The position numbers were made by a program, and so were the translations under genes. This document shows, piece by piece, positions 12,219 to 26,210 of a stretch of 64,000 nt of DNA. The stretch's first letter is position 1. Each line of letters begins with the position of its first letter. Location: assembly GCF_001194135.2 (NCBI RefSeq), contig NC_069002.1:13294500-13358499 (forward strand), in the 5' to 3' direction. The notes below the pieces were generated by a model. The model was given only the letters and a program-made list of their open reading frames with translations. It was not told the DNA's origin and searched no databases. This stretch comes from Octopus bimaculoides (taxonomy: Eukaryota).

Positions 12219-12604
12219 GGAGGCGTAATGGCCCAGTGGTTAGGGCAGCGGACTCGCGGTCATAGGATCGCGGTTTCGATTCCCAGACCGGGCGTTGTGA
12301 GTGTTTATTGAGCGAAAACACCTAAAGCTCCACGAGGCTCTGGCAGGGGATGGTGGCGAACCCTGCTGTACTCTTTCACCACAACTTTCTCTCGCTCTTT
12401 CTACCTGTTTCTGTTGTGCCTGTAATTCAAAAGGTCAGCCTTGTCACACTGTGTCACGCTGAATATCTCCGAGAACTACGTTAAGGGTACACGTGTCTGT
12501 GGAGTGCTCAGCCACTTGCACGTTAATTTCACGAGCAGGCTGTTCCGTTGATCGAATCAACTGGAACCCTCGACATCGTAAGCGACGGAGTGCCAACATC
12601 CAAC
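12219..12604 (+). mobile_element. SINE family C, full-length ~385 bp tRNA-derived SINE (possibly an octopus OR-type, tRNA-Arg-related family)
   Basis: A box tggcccagtggt, B box ggtttcgattccc, (AAC)n tail; close copies at 23712-24082 and 38324-38669. The family name is an inference. Confidence 0.85.
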
Positions 12605-12959
12605 GTGTAAATATGTACCGTTTCAGACATTGTACTGCAGCCATGCTGTGACATCAGATTGAAGGGTTTTAGTCAAATACATCAACTCTAGTACAAGTTT
12701 GGTACTTGTTCTGTTGGTTTCTTTTTGCTGGACCGCTAAGTTATGGGTGATGTAAACAAACCAACACTGGTTTTCAAGTGGTTGGGAAGGTAACAGACAG
12801 GGATGCATGCATACAGTTTCCTTCTACCAAATTCACTCAGAAGGCATTGGTTAGCTTGGGGCTATAGTAAGAAGACAATTGCTCAAGGTGCTGTGCAGTG
12901 GGATTTAACCATGAAACCACTTGGTTGCAAAGTGAGCTTCTTAATATACATGCAACATG

Positions 12960-13215
12960 CATATATAAATATACATAATGTGTGTATGAATTTGTGAGTG
13001 TGTGTATATGTATGTATGTGTGTATATGTATATGTGTGTGTGTTTATGTATATATGTGTGCATGTATGAATTTGTGAGTGTGTGTATGTATGTGTGTATG
13101 TATGTATGTGTGTGTATGTGAATGTGTGTATATGTACATGTGTGTGTATTTATGTATATATGTGTGCATGTATATATACATGTGTGTGTAAGTATACATG
13201 TGTGTTTTGTGTGTA
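12960..13215. repeat. Degenerate TG/TA microsatellite
   Basis: Read directly from the sequence. Confidence 0.9.
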
Positions 13216-16200
13216 TTTCTTTGAAAAATACATTACATATTGCTATTTGTTTTCCACATGCCCAAGTCCTCAATTTTATTATTTCTTGCTAAAAAATTAT
13301 TTTAAATAATAAATGTCTCTATTAAATCTAAAGCTTCAGTGGACTTTTATGGAGATAACATTTTATGTCGAAAAATTAATGTTTAAAGCAACTATAAAAC
13401 TATTCTTTAAACAATAAACACATCTAAACCTAAAATTAATCAATCATTTAAATTTCATTCCCTTTGTTTCTACGAACAAGTTTCTTTCTCAGCCACAGAA
13501 TTAATAACTTGCAGCAGCTATTATTGTTTAGCCCAGGGCTATCTCTCATCCAGCAGACCTATTGATCAATGGTGTTCCATTCATGACTACATTTTCTAGT
13601 GTAACCTTCCTTCGTCTAAGACAGTAAAGTATGGTTTGAGGGAGATTTAGTTGCAATTTCTTGCATGTTAGATAATCACATAGAGACCCCTCGTTCACTT
13701 GGTCAACTATATCAGAAGTTTCAAATTCATTGGCTTTGCAGGTCAGATTCAAGCATAAACTAGATCTCGTAGGGCTGGATAGGACAATTAATCCCTTAAA
13801 AACCTGCATAATGTAGGCCAGACTATATAGATAAAAGGATTACAATTTTATTAACAATAAAGAAGGGAAGAATATAAGATGACAACAAAATTTATGTGCA
13901 GAGATCATGAGAAAAACTCATCTACATGGTATGTATGCAGTTCTATTGAGAACTGAGATAGGAATTGTCCAAAATGAATGCATAATGTTGTTGAGAAAAC
14001 CATGATTGAAAGAACACTAGAATCAATTCAGATGAAGGCATGCATAAATTTGGTTAAAAAGTGCCCCAAAACGAAAACAAAGATACTTCTATTGGTTTGG
14101 CATGTATTGACAAAGTGAAGGGAAAATTGGTCTCAGTATGTGGATTCATAAACTTTTTTTTTCATTGGTTGCCTTAAAAGGATTTCATAAGGTGCTCTGA
14201 TTTGACTTATCAGAACCAGTTTTAATTACCAATTGAGTTGGGCCCCAAATGTTGAACATATGCTAATGATATATGTCTTAAACATTGCCACTGGGGGTAG
14301 ATCTGGCCCTTTCAAGTAATATACTTGACAACTCTGAAGAGGACCAACAAGGGAGTTTTTGCATGGTCACTTAATCTCTTAGAAATAGCAGCCAAAATTT
14401 CCTATTAACACTCTACCCTCTTAAAAGAGGGACACTTTGAACACTGTTTTGGATATAAAATGGGATGAAATGCCTTTCGTTATCAGTCTGTTAGATCAGA
14501 AGTGATCTGGGACTCAACAGCAATAGACAACGTTAGAATTATGTTATATGTTCTTTTGGTTGCCTGGAAATACCCAGTTTTTGAAAAATATGCAATAACA
14601 ACAACACACACACACAATCCACCCTGCATCCATCCAGCTGCCCTTTCTTTTCTTTCCATTTTCATAAGAGGAAGTCTACAGTGTATGAAGGAATGTTGTT
14701 CTGTCAACACAAACCAAACTACTTTTGCCATTGGTCCTTATCCATGGCAAGGTTATCAGCCTCACTAAATCTTAGCATTGTATGTAAGAAGAAAGTAATA
14801 CACACACACACACACACATACAAACATACATGCTTACACAATAAAATATTTTAATTCTCAATAAACATTTTATACACACTATTATTCATATGATGATGAT
14901 GATGATGATGGTGTATAAATAAGTCTTAAACCAAATTCCTAAGCATAGGAAATATACACTGATAACATTCTTGTGTGTGTGTATGTGCATGGGGGAGAGA
15001 GAGAGAGAGGCTGTGTGTGTGTAGCATTTAAAAAATTTTGAAATTTGATAATGCAGAGAAGATAGGATTGCAACAATGAAGTTGTCTGTTGTTGCCAAGC
15101 AACAGCAGACAACAGGAAGAAGGAGTCTGAAGAGAGATTAGGAGGAGGCTTAGCCTTGATAAGTCATATTGTATGGAAATAGAGCAGAGAAACAAAAGTA
15201 ATTTTGACTCTAAAAGTGGGATGGTGATTGACTTGGAGACTGTTTTTATGATTTTCAGTTTTATGTCTCTTCTCACATGTACTCAATGTAACAATTTGTA
15301 CTTTTGTACTTGTCTATCTTTACTGTTATTATTACACTTTAACGTTATTATTACACTTTCTTCATTTCATTCTTAAACATTAAACACTTCATTCATATAT
15401 TTATATACATTTATATATTACCTTTAATAAATTAGCCTTCATAAAGTTCACCTTTAAAATGCCACGAGTCAGAGTACTTTCTTGCCAACCTCCGACAATC
15501 TCTCCCTCCTCCAGCTGACAGTTTTTTTGTATTTTTTTTTTGTGTGTCTCCTGTCCTAGCTTGATTTACGCCACCACAACCTCATTTAGGTTTAGCAGCC
15601 CTTACTGTTTGTTTTCACTGTCCTGTTTGTGTAACCTATTTTGACCCTCCATAGAATCCCAAATTTTATTTAATTTGCTTTGTGGGAGCAACTGTTTTAT
15701 CGAAAACGTATATTGTTGTTAAATGCTCGAAATATGAGACTAGAAAAACAGCCAACAACTGATGAAGGGTCCTGCAAGTGAAAAAAGGTTGCAGAACAAT
15801 TCTCCTTTTGGTACCTGTGAAGATATGAAATGTGAAGACCCTCTTTCATACAGCAGGATGTCCTGTATGTCACAACCAAAAAGAAAGACAGAGGGTTTGG
15901 GGGAGGCTACACCAACACTCAGTCAATACTCTTTCCAGCCAAATAAACTGGAGTGAAAAAAAGTGCTTTGCTCAAGGATGTGACATGTTGTCAGGTTCAG
16001 GAATTGAACCTATAATCTTATGATCATGAGCTAGGGGATTAATGCGATATACACTGTTACAGCGCTAACTGTTTTCAACTGAATAGACGTCAGCAATTAG
16101 TAGAAATTATCGAAATAAGACAATTTTTTACATGAAATAAATTCGAATACAAAAATTTTTTTCTGTTCTATAACACAAAATAGATAAGTATACGAAGTTT

Positions 16201-17044
16201 GAAAGTCTTTCGGTACCAAAAACACTACATAAAACATAAATGAAAACTGGTGCCCCCATTTTGAACAAGATCCCACTTCATCAGTTATGAGGACAAATGT
16301 TCCAGTTGAACTGATCAACCGATCAACATGCTCATTAAATTAACATGCAAGCAGCTGAGCCCTCCAGAGACACAGAATATGACAAGGCTGGCCCTTTTGA
16401 AATACAGGTACAACTAATTTTTGCCAGCTGACTGGAGCAATGTGAAATAAAGTGTCTTGCTCAAGGACCCAATGCAGCACTGGGCATTGAACTCATAGCC
16501 ATAAGTTCATGAGCTGAACATCCTAACTCCTAGGCTGCACACTTTTACTAGTCCAAAAGAACCATTGACTAATTGTATTTTACATCGTATAACTTTCCAG
16601 TAATGTCCATTTGCCAACTTTGTTGCTGTCTCCTTGATTAATAAAAGACATTTAAAGGTCCAGTACTGAACTCTAGTTCTGTGGCATTTAGCAAGCAAGA
16701 GATGAACCTGAACCCCCTAGGAAAGGACTGCAAACCATTTCAAGTGAACATTCTCAGAGGATACATTTATTCACCATGAATAGGTGAGCTGAAGCCAGTA
16801 AAATTGAATGTACTGACTGAAATATATAACAAAACACATGCAATAGGTTTGAACTCATGACCTATAGGTTCATAATCTAACATTCTAACACTGTGTCTAC
16901 TCAGATGTTTTGCTCTGACATAGCAAGAAATTCAATCATAAGTTTGTTTATGTCTCTGATTCTTTGCATTCCTTTTTGGTATTTTAATGTCTTGGTGGTT
17001 ATAATAAATTAAACTCAGAAATAAAAAAGAAACATTTTTGAGTT

Positions 17045-17066
17045 CATACATACATATATATGTATG

Positions 17067-17103
<37 letters not shown>

Positions 17104-17587
17104 NNNNNNNNNNNNNNNNNNNNNNNNNNNNNNNNNNNNNNNNNNNNNNNNNNNNNNNNNNNNNNNNNNNNNNNNNNNNNNNNNNNNNNNNNNNNNNNNN
17201 NNNNNNNNNNNNNNNNNNNNNNNNNNNNNNNNNNNNNNNNNNNNNNNNNNNNNNNNNNNNNNNNNNNNNNNNNNNNNNNNNNNNNNNNNNNNNNNNNNNN
17301 NNNNNNNNNNNNNNNNNNNNNNNNNNNNNNNNNNNNNNNNNNNNNNNNNNNNNNNNNNNNNNNNNNNNNNNNNNNNNNNNNNNNNNNNNNNNNNNNNNNN
17401 NNNNNNNNNNNNNNNNNNNNNNNNNNNNNNNNNNNNNNNNNNNNNNNNNNNNNNNNNNNNNNNNNNNNNNNNNNNNNNNNNNNNNNNNNNNNNNNTGTAT
17501 ATATATATATGTATATATGTATATATATATATGTATATATGTATATATATATATATAAATAAAGTGGCAATACATACTATGTATATA

Positions 17588-17639
<52 letters not shown>

Positions 17640-17671
17640 GTGGCAATAAATACTATGTATATATATATGTG

Positions 17672-17715
<44 letters not shown>

Positions 17716-17830
17716 CACAAATGTATATGAATACATTATATATATGTATATAAACAGGCATACATACATATATATATATTTAGAGAGAGAGAGACAGAGA
17801 TGTACATATATACACACATATAGATAGATA
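17045..17830. repeat. (TA)n-rich compound microsatellite spanning an N gap, with repeated aaataaagtggcaata spacers
   Basis: Spacer occurs at about 17557 and 17633 between TA runs. Confidence 0.9.
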
Positions 17831-18611
17831 ATTAGGTAGATAAAATGAATGTGTGTGTGTGTAGAGCGAGAGAGGCAGGCAGACAGAATGAGAGGTGAAG
17901 AGAGAGAGAGAGATACGTATATGTGTGTGCATGTATATCTCAGTGCTTGAAATTCTGAGGCGTTAATTACTAGGTTGGTCCAGGGCTGCGAGAGCAACTA
18001 CAGCTATAGTTGAATGTCATCACAGTGTGAGAAAGTCGACAGGATAGGCTCATTTTAGAAAGACATCGACTGCATACCGAAAGACATTAGGTTGTTGTTG
18101 TTGTTGTTTTAATATATAAAAGTTTGAAAAAAAAACAAACAACGTAACATACTCTCATACAATTTTTATATCAAAGTAAATGTCTCCTTTTATTTATTTA
18201 TTTATATCTATTTACTCATCATTGTTAATGGGACAGTGGCGTGAAAGAGAGAGACTAGTAAATGATTGAACTAAATAGTTTTTACTGTATTTAGTCACAT
18301 TGTGGCTGTGGTAAGAAGCTTGCTTCTTAACCACATGGTTCTGCATTCAGTTTCATTGTGTAGCACCTTGGGCAAGTGTCTTCTACTATAGCTTCAGGCC
18401 CACTGTGATTGGTAAGCGAGCTACTTACCACACAGCCACTCCTGCTTGTAGAATATTATTATTATTATTTATAGAATTGTAAACCTCGACACTGCTTGTC
18501 AAATCATCACAGAAAATGCACGTTTGTTTACAAAACTTCTTGCTTTAAGGGGATCTAAATTTAAACCTTCCATCAAAATTTCATGTTGTTTTATGTACCA
18601 AACACTTAGTA

Positions 18612-20090
18612 CATACTCTTTTACTTGTTTCAGTCATTTGATTGTGGCCATGCTGGAGCACCGCCTTTAGTCGAGCAAATCGACCCCAGGACTTATTCTA
18701 TCGGTCTCTTTTGCCGAACCGCTAAATTACGGGGACGTAAACACACCAGCATTGGTTGTCAAGCGTTGGTGGGGGTACAGACACAAACACACACACACAC
18801 ACATATATCATCATCATCATCATCATCATCGTTTAACGTCCGCTTTCCATGCTAGCATGGGCTGGACGATTTGACTGAGGACTGGTGAAACCGGATGGCA
18901 NNNNNNNNNNNNNNNNNNNNNNNNNNNNNNNNNNNNNNNNNNNNNNNNNNNNNNNNNNNNNNNNNNNNNNNNNNNNNNNNNNNNNNNNNNNNNNNNNNNN
19001 NNNNNNNNNNNNNNNNNNNNNNNNNNNNNNNNNNNNNNNNNNNNNNNNNNNNNNNNNNNNNNNNNNNNNNNNNNNNNNNNNNNNNNNNNNNNNNNNNNNN
19101 NNNNNNNNNNNNNNNNNNNNNNNNNNNNNNNNNNNNNNNNNNNNNNNNNNNNNNNNNNNNNNNNNNNNNNNNNNNNNNNNNNNNNNNNNNNNNNNNNNNN
19201 NNNNNNNNNNNNNNNNNNNNNNNNNNNNNNNNNNNNNNNNNNNNNNNNNNNNNNNNNNNNNNNNNNNNNNNNNNNNNNNNNNNNNNNNNNNNNNNNNNNN
19301 NNNNNNNNNNNNNNNNNNNNNNNNNNNNNNNNNNNNNNNNNNNNNNNNNNNNNNNNNNNNNNNNNNNNNNNNNNNNNNNNNNNNNNNNNNNNNNNNNNNN
19401 NNNNNNNNNNNNNNNNNNNNNNNNNNNNNNNNNNNNNNNNNNNNNNNNNNNNNNNNNNNNNNNNNNNNNNNNNNNNNNNNNNNNNNNNNNNNNNNNNNNN
19501 NNNNNNNNNNNNNNNNNNNNNNNNNNNNNNNNNNNNNNNNNNNNNNNNNNNNNNNNNNNNNNNNNNNNNNNNNNNNNNNNNNNNNNNNNNNNNNNNNNNN
19601 NNNNNNNNNNNNNNNNNNNNNNNNNNNNNNNNNNNNNNNNNNNNNNNNNNNNNNNNNNNNNNNNNNNNNNNNNNNNNNNNNNNNNNNNNNNNNNNNNNNN
19701 NNNNNNNNNNNNNNNNNNNNNNNNNNNNNNNNNNNNNNNNNNNNNNNNNNNNNNNNNNNNNNNNNAAGTGTCTTCTACTATAGCCTCGGGCCGACCAAAG
19801 CCTTGTGAGTGGATTTGGTAGATGGAAACTGAAAGAAGCCCGTCGTATATATATGTATGTATATATGTGTGTGTTTGTGTGTCTGTGTTTGTCCCCCCAT
19901 CATCGCTTGACAACCAATGCTGGTGTGTTTGCGTCCCCGTAACTTAGCAGTTCGGTAAAAGAGACCGATAGAATAAGTACTAGGCTTAAAAAGAATAAGT
20001 CCTGGGGTTGATTTGCTCGACTAAAGGCGGTGCTCCAGCATGGCCGCAGTCAAATGACTGAAACAAGTAAAAGAGTAAAAGAGTAAAGAG
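18612..20090. mobile_element. SINE cluster around an N gap: family A minus (18612-18800), family E minus (18808-18900), family A plus (19767-20090)
   Basis: Matches to the other copies in the window. Confidence 0.85.
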
Positions 20091-20804
20091 AATAGTTATT
20101 TTACCAAATTCTTCATTGTTTTCATAATTCATTGAAACAAAGGCAGTGGATTTCAACAGAAATATGGTAAGGAAAGGGTTAAATGCTGATTGCTATGTAG
20201 TTTTTTTTAATCTTAACATTCTGAATTGAGTTCTCAATGGGGAGCTCAGACATGGTCTTTCATCTCTCCAGGTTCTCTGTAAAACATCTAAATATGTGTT
20301 TGTTACATGCTGGGAGTCATTTAATTAATGTCAGTACCTATCTCATAAAAAAAAAAAAAATCTGTCATCCAATCATCATCATCATCGTCATTGCCATTAT
20401 CATCACAATCTCTGCTGTTATTGTCATATAATCATCACCATTGTCAATTATTAAAAATATAAGGAACCACCACCACTGCTGCCACTACCACTATCACCAC
20501 CACCACCACCACTGCTGTCACTACCACTGCCACCACCACCATCACCTGGCAGCAGTGGCTTGGCAAAATCAGTAGAGCATCAGACAAAATATCTTGCAGT
20601 ATCTTTTCTAGTTCAAATCCTGCCAAGGTCAACTTTGCCTTTCATTTTTCTTAGGCCATCACCATTTAATGTCCATGTTCCATGCTGAAATGGGCTGGAT
20701 AACCAATGCAATAAAGCCCTAGTCAAGTACTGGGGTCAGGTGGAATCAACTAATCCCTTCCTGCTGAATTTCTCATTTTGTGCTGTATAGGATTTTTTCT
20801 CATT

Positions 20805-21255
20805 AATAAGGCAGCAAGCTGGCAGGATCGTTAGCACGCCAAACAAAATGCTTAGCGGCATTTTTTCTGGCTTCATGTTCTCAGTTCAAATTCCACCGAG
20901 GTCAACTTTGCCTTTTATCCTTTCGGGGTTGATAACATGAGTACCAGTTGAGCACTGGGGTTGATATAATCAACTATCCCCCTTCCCTCTAAATTTCAGG
21001 CCTTGTGCCTATAGTTGAAAAGATTATTATTATTATTTTAAGGTGGTGAGCTGGCAGAATCGTTAGCACGCTGGGCAAAATGCTTAGTGGTATTTCATCT
21101 GCTGTTACCTTCTGAGTTCAAATTCCGCTAAAGTCGAACTAGCTTTTCATCCTTTTGGAGGTTGATAAAATAAGTACCATTTATGCACTGGGGTCAATGT
21201 AATCAACTTAATCCCTTTGTCTGTTCTTGTTTGTCCCCTCTATGTTTAGTCACCT
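20805..21255 (+). mobile_element. Two tandem SINE family B copies joined by an (ATT)n tail
   Basis: Head aaggcggcgagctggcagaatcgttagc-like at about 20810 and 21040. Confidence 0.85.
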
Positions 21256-21456
21256 GTGTAGAACTTAATGTTACATGGTAAACCAAATAACCATTGGCAA
21301 ATGTTATTGTGAACTATGTCACTTTACTTGTCCTCCTACCTACAGCTATTTAGTTTAGGTTGTTTGGAGTTTAGTATCTTGACGCAATACCAGAAACCAG
21401 ATAACAACAATCGACCATTTTGACTGGTATTTTACTACTCTATCAACCTTCCATAC

Positions 21457-22080
21457 ACTTACTCTCTTTTACTCTCTTTTACTTGTTTCAGTCATTTGGC
21501 TGTGGCCATGTTGGAGCACCACCTTTTAGTCGAGCAAATCAACCCCAGGACTTACTCTTTGTAAGCCTAGTACTTATTCTATCGGTCTCTTTTGCCGAAC
21601 CGCTAAGTGACGGGGACATAAACACACCAGCATCGGTTGTCAAGCAATGCTAGGAGGACAAACACAGACACACAAACACACATACATATACATATATACG
21701 ACGGGCTTCTTTCAGTTTCCATCTACCAAATTCACTCACAAGGCTTTGGTCGGCTTGAGGCTATAGTAGAAGACACTTGCCCAAGATGCCACGCAGTGGG
21801 ACTGAACCCGGAACCATGTGGTTAGTAAGCAAGCTACTTACCACACAGCCACTCCTATGTAAACACACCCACACTGGTTGTCAAGCAGTGATGGGGGGAC
21901 AAACACAGACACAAAAATATACACACACTCATGCACACACATATATACATGATGGGCTTCTTTCAATTTCTACCTACCAAATCTTCTCACAAGGCTTTGG
22001 TTGGCCTGAGGCTATAGCAGAAGACACTTGCCCAAGGTACCACACAGCGGGACTGAACCCAGAACCATGTGGTTGGGAAG
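21457..22080 (-). mobile_element. Two tandem SINE family A copies
   Basis: Complete copy 21457-21860 followed by a partial copy. Confidence 0.85.
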
Positions 22081-22749
22081 CAAATATGTGTGTGTGTGTG
22101 TATGTAGTAGTAGTAGTAGTGTATATAATCTAGTGAACATGCAAAAGTATGCGTTATTCTATGTAAGTGTTATAAGGAAATATACTGGGATATATTTTAT
22201 GACACACATACACACACACATATGTAATCAGAGAGTGAATACTCATTTTCCCCAACCACAGAGGGAATACCAACTTCTAATCACTTATACTATACACAAA
22301 CTGGGATTGAACTAAATTGGTATGCCCTAAATTGCATAACAGTGCAAGTTTTGGCGATGTGAATAATTAATTAGCAGAAGCATTACAAGACATTAGTATT
22401 AACAGAGATGTAAGTTAAACTTGTGGAGAATTGTTTTTAGTAAACCCACACACCATTTTTAGGTTTGCTGTGTAAAGTAGAAACTGCAGTTAAATCACAT
22501 TTTTCTCTCTCTGAAGCCAGAGAAATAAAGGTCAGCTTGACTGTTAATTATTCATATTGCTAATATTGGTACCATTATGCAAATTAGGACAGGCCAATTT
22601 TGAATTAGACAGGAGGTTCTGCACAGGTGCCGATTTATTTCTCTTTCATGTTATATTATGAAACCAAAATTAAGAATCAGTTGTTGGGAGACATTTGCTA
22701 TTTACTATAACCTAAGGGGAGAAATTACGCAATTTAAATGCTTTATATT

Positions 22750-23350
22750 GTTACGCCATCATCATTTTAACATCCATTTTTCCTATGACTGCATGGGTGG
22801 ATAAAGTTTGTTGAGGCAGATTTTTTATGGCTGGATGCTCTTCCTGTCACCAATCTTCATCTTTTTCCCAAGTAAGGTAATAGTTCCCCATGGAAAGACA
22901 TGTTTCCCACAGAAGACTGAAACTAAGCAACATCAGCATCATTTGTGTGATGATAATGTTCATTTGCAGCCATCGTGTAATGCCAGATAAGAGTGGGTGT
23001 GCATGCATGCACGCTCATGCGCACACACACACACACACACAAAACAGATGTTGATAATGATATGTATATGTGTATAAGTGTATGCATGTATGTGTGTGTG
23101 TCTGTGTACCTCTCTGTGCATGGATGTGTAGTGTTTCCGTGTCTTATTGTGTGATAGTTGTAAATGAGTTTCAACATTGTACAAGCCATGTTGTTCATTT
23201 GCAGTCTTGCATGAAACCATGTCTTGCCATGAGGAAGTTTCATCTTGTCTGAAATAAACAAGGGCATCCAGAAATAGAAAAACCTACCTCAACAAATTCT
23301 CTCTGACCCATGCAAGCATGGAAAAGTGAACATTAAATCGATGATGATGA
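22750..23350. mobile_element. Head-to-head pair of family E elements ((GAT)n-tailed, RTE-like 3' end) separated by a CA/TG repeat
   Basis: catcatcattttaacatcc at the left end and cattaaatcgatgatgatga at the right end, with a shared gggcatccag core. Confidence 0.7.
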
Positions 23351-23711
23351 TTTTCTAACAGAAATGCAATAAACTAAATATCTGAAGTAGGTTTGAAATC
23401 ACAAAGATGAGATTAGCCATACAATCTGAAGTGGTGTAATTGAAAATATGTTGAAGAGTGATTTATCTAGATACAAGCTCTGATATTAATGGATGAGATT
23501 TTGTGATATTTATACATTTTTCTCATGGACATTAGTGACCTAGCTAAAGCAAGATAAGTGAGGTGGGTTGCAACGACCCTGTTGTGGATATAAACGTGGC
23601 ATGTATAGTCTGGAAGTGGGCCACAAGTTTTTGAAAATTAGACATGCATATTTCTTTACAACTAAGAGCAATACAAGCATCTGCTTGTTTTAAAACAATT
23701 TTAATATTTGA

Positions 23712-24082
23712 TGTTGTTGTTGGCACTCTGTCGCTTACGACTTCGAGGGTTCCAGTTGATCCAATCAACAGAACAGCCTGCTCGTAAAATTAACGTGCAA
23801 GTGGCTGAGCACTCCACAGACACGTGTACCCTTAACGTAGTTCTCGGAGATATTCAGCGTGACACAGTGTGACAAGGCTGACCCTTTGAATTACAGCCAC
23901 AACAGAAACAGGAAGTAAGAGTGAGAGAAAGTTGTGGTGGAAGAGTACAGCAGGGTTCGCCACCATCCCCTGCCGGAACCTCGTGGAGCTTTAGGTGTTT
24001 TCGCTCAATAAACACTCACAACGCCCAGTCTTGGAATCGAAACCGCGATCCTATGACCGCGAGTCCGCTGCCCTAACCACTG
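23712..24082 (-). mobile_element. SINE family C copy
   Basis: Reverse complement of 12219-12604 with a slightly truncated head. Confidence 0.9.
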
Positions 24083-24899
24083 ATATTTATGTAACAAAAC
24101 TATTAAAATGATGTTGATGTGTTGTATCACTTTTAGCATTTTATTCAGCGTGCAGTGGATTAGAAAAGATTGTAAATCACTGGTCTGTAATAAAGGATAT
24201 GAAGGTGCATGGCCTAATGGTTAATGTTGCCCTCTCATTCAAAAAATTCATAGGTTCAATTTCTGGACCAGGCAGCTTGTATCCTTGAGCAAGGTACTTT
24301 TGCACATTACTCCAGTCTACTTAAAACCAGTACCAGCCTACTGCTGGTGCAGCTCTCCCTCTGTCTCCGGCAGTCACCTCATTGATGTTATGCTAGGTCA
24401 CGGGAGCAAGAACTGACAGGGTGTCTGTATCGTCATGTGACCAGTTAGACCCTTAAAACATTCAGCAAAAGTATGACACAAGCAGGCAGATGCTTCATTG
24501 TGATTCAGGACAGAACTTGTTTGTAATGCTTTTTTTTTTCCCCTGCAATCAACCATTGCCTGGAATCATACATGGTCCATTCATATGTTTCTCTGTCCTT
24601 GGGATATAGAAATTTCAGTTTGATCAGGTGGTGGGGTTGTCGTCCCCTTTAACACCACCACTTGGTCCTTAAGTATCTTTACTGGAATTTATTCCCCAGC
24701 AAGGATTCGGGTCAGGTCATTGATCTAAGGATAGGTCCCCCCTCCCTCCTTCTTCCATCACTCACAGAATCCCTGAAAAAGGTCAGGACCTCTGTCCTTC
24801 CTTTGAATAAACCATTTAAAAATATGGAAAAAGGAAAAAATAAAAAAAAGTACCTCATAATTAATTAGGTAAGAAAAATACAGAAAAATATAATCTAAA

Positions 24900-25620
24900 A
24901 TAATATTTAACATCATTTCTCTTCCCCTTCTCCTTATGCTCATCTTCCTCTCACCTCCCCCCTTTCTACTTTCTCTCTATCATTCATGTCCTTCCATCTC
25001 TCATCTCCTACCACCTCCTGTACTGACTGCACCATCTTCATCACTCTACATCCCTCATCCTACACTGGGTCTATCTATGTATGAGAGGTTCCATCTGACT
25101 AACCTCATCCTTCTATCACACTCTCCCCATCTCTAGGCCATGTATTAGAGACTTCTTCAAACTATCTGTGCCCATTGCATTTCTGTACTGCCAGCCATCA
25201 CTCTCTCTCCCCATGTCCTCTTTATTATCATCCATCACCTTATCTTTGTTCGCCTCTGTTATTGCCAGTCACTCTCCTCCTGATCCCTTCCAGTCATCCT
25301 TCGTTTTCTACTCTTTCTCCTCTCATACTCTTTCTCCTTTCATACTCTTTCTCCTTTCATACTCTTTCTCCTTTCATTCACCCATTTTAGTCTTTCTATT
25401 CTCATTGCTCTTTTTCTCTATATCTTTTTAAGGTCACTCGACTAAACGTACATACCCAAGGTTATTGAATACTTTCTCTCACTTACATCTTTACCCTCTT
25501 ACACACCTGTTTCATATCTCTCTGTCTCTCTCTCTCCCCTCTTATCTTCCTCTTCTAAACTCCTTTCATTGCTGAGTTTTCTCTTCCCTACATTTACGAT
25601 GTACAAACCACCTTCTCCTA
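24900..25620. repeat. Pyrimidine-rich (CT) low-complexity tract
   Basis: Strong C/T strand bias; includes ctttctcctttcatact repeats at about 25310-25375. Confidence 0.75.
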
Positions 25621-26162
25621 TACTATGGCCATGGTATAGTCCTGCTCCCTATAGAGTGATTGATGAGCAAGACAACCTCTGTAGTACTGGTCACATGAAG
25701 ACTAGATCCAGTACAGACTGTAAAGTAATTGGCAAACAAGTAGAGAAATCACAAGGTTAAGAGGTCCATTTTGTCCTGTTTTGCTGAAGACTTTCCAACC
25801 TCTCTAATGTTAGTTCATTAGAAATTGCATTGATTACACCATGAGCAGTCATTGGTGGATAGGAAGGTTTTCTTGCTGTAGAAACCAAGCTAAATTACAT
25901 GTATGAGCATTGGTGAATGAATGGGAACAGTGACTTTCAATAAGAAATGACTGGAACTGTAATGACTCAGCCAATCCATGCCAGCATGGAAAGTAGGATT
26001 CAGTTATTCACACGCACACACACACANNNNNNNNNNNNNNNNNNNNNNNNNNNNNNNNNNNNNNNNNNNNNNNNNNNNNNNNNNNNNNNNNNNNNNNNNN
26101 NNNNNNNNNNNNNNNNNNNNNNNNNNNNNNNNNNNNNNNNNNNNNNNNNNNNNGTGTGAATG

Positions 26163-26210
<48 letters not shown>

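Noticed and set aside
13546-13809. Minus-strand peptide IVDQVNEGSLCDYL...LNLPQ resembling kinase subdomain V
   Set aside because: The DNA overlaps a dispersed repeat (aaatctccctcaaa...tactgtctta, similar at about 9870, 14390 and 28970) and no other kinase motifs are nearby
22300-22750. Enhancer-like unique block with an ATGCAAAT octamer
   Set aside because: A single short motif in AT-rich DNA is expected by chance; cannot be supported without conservation data
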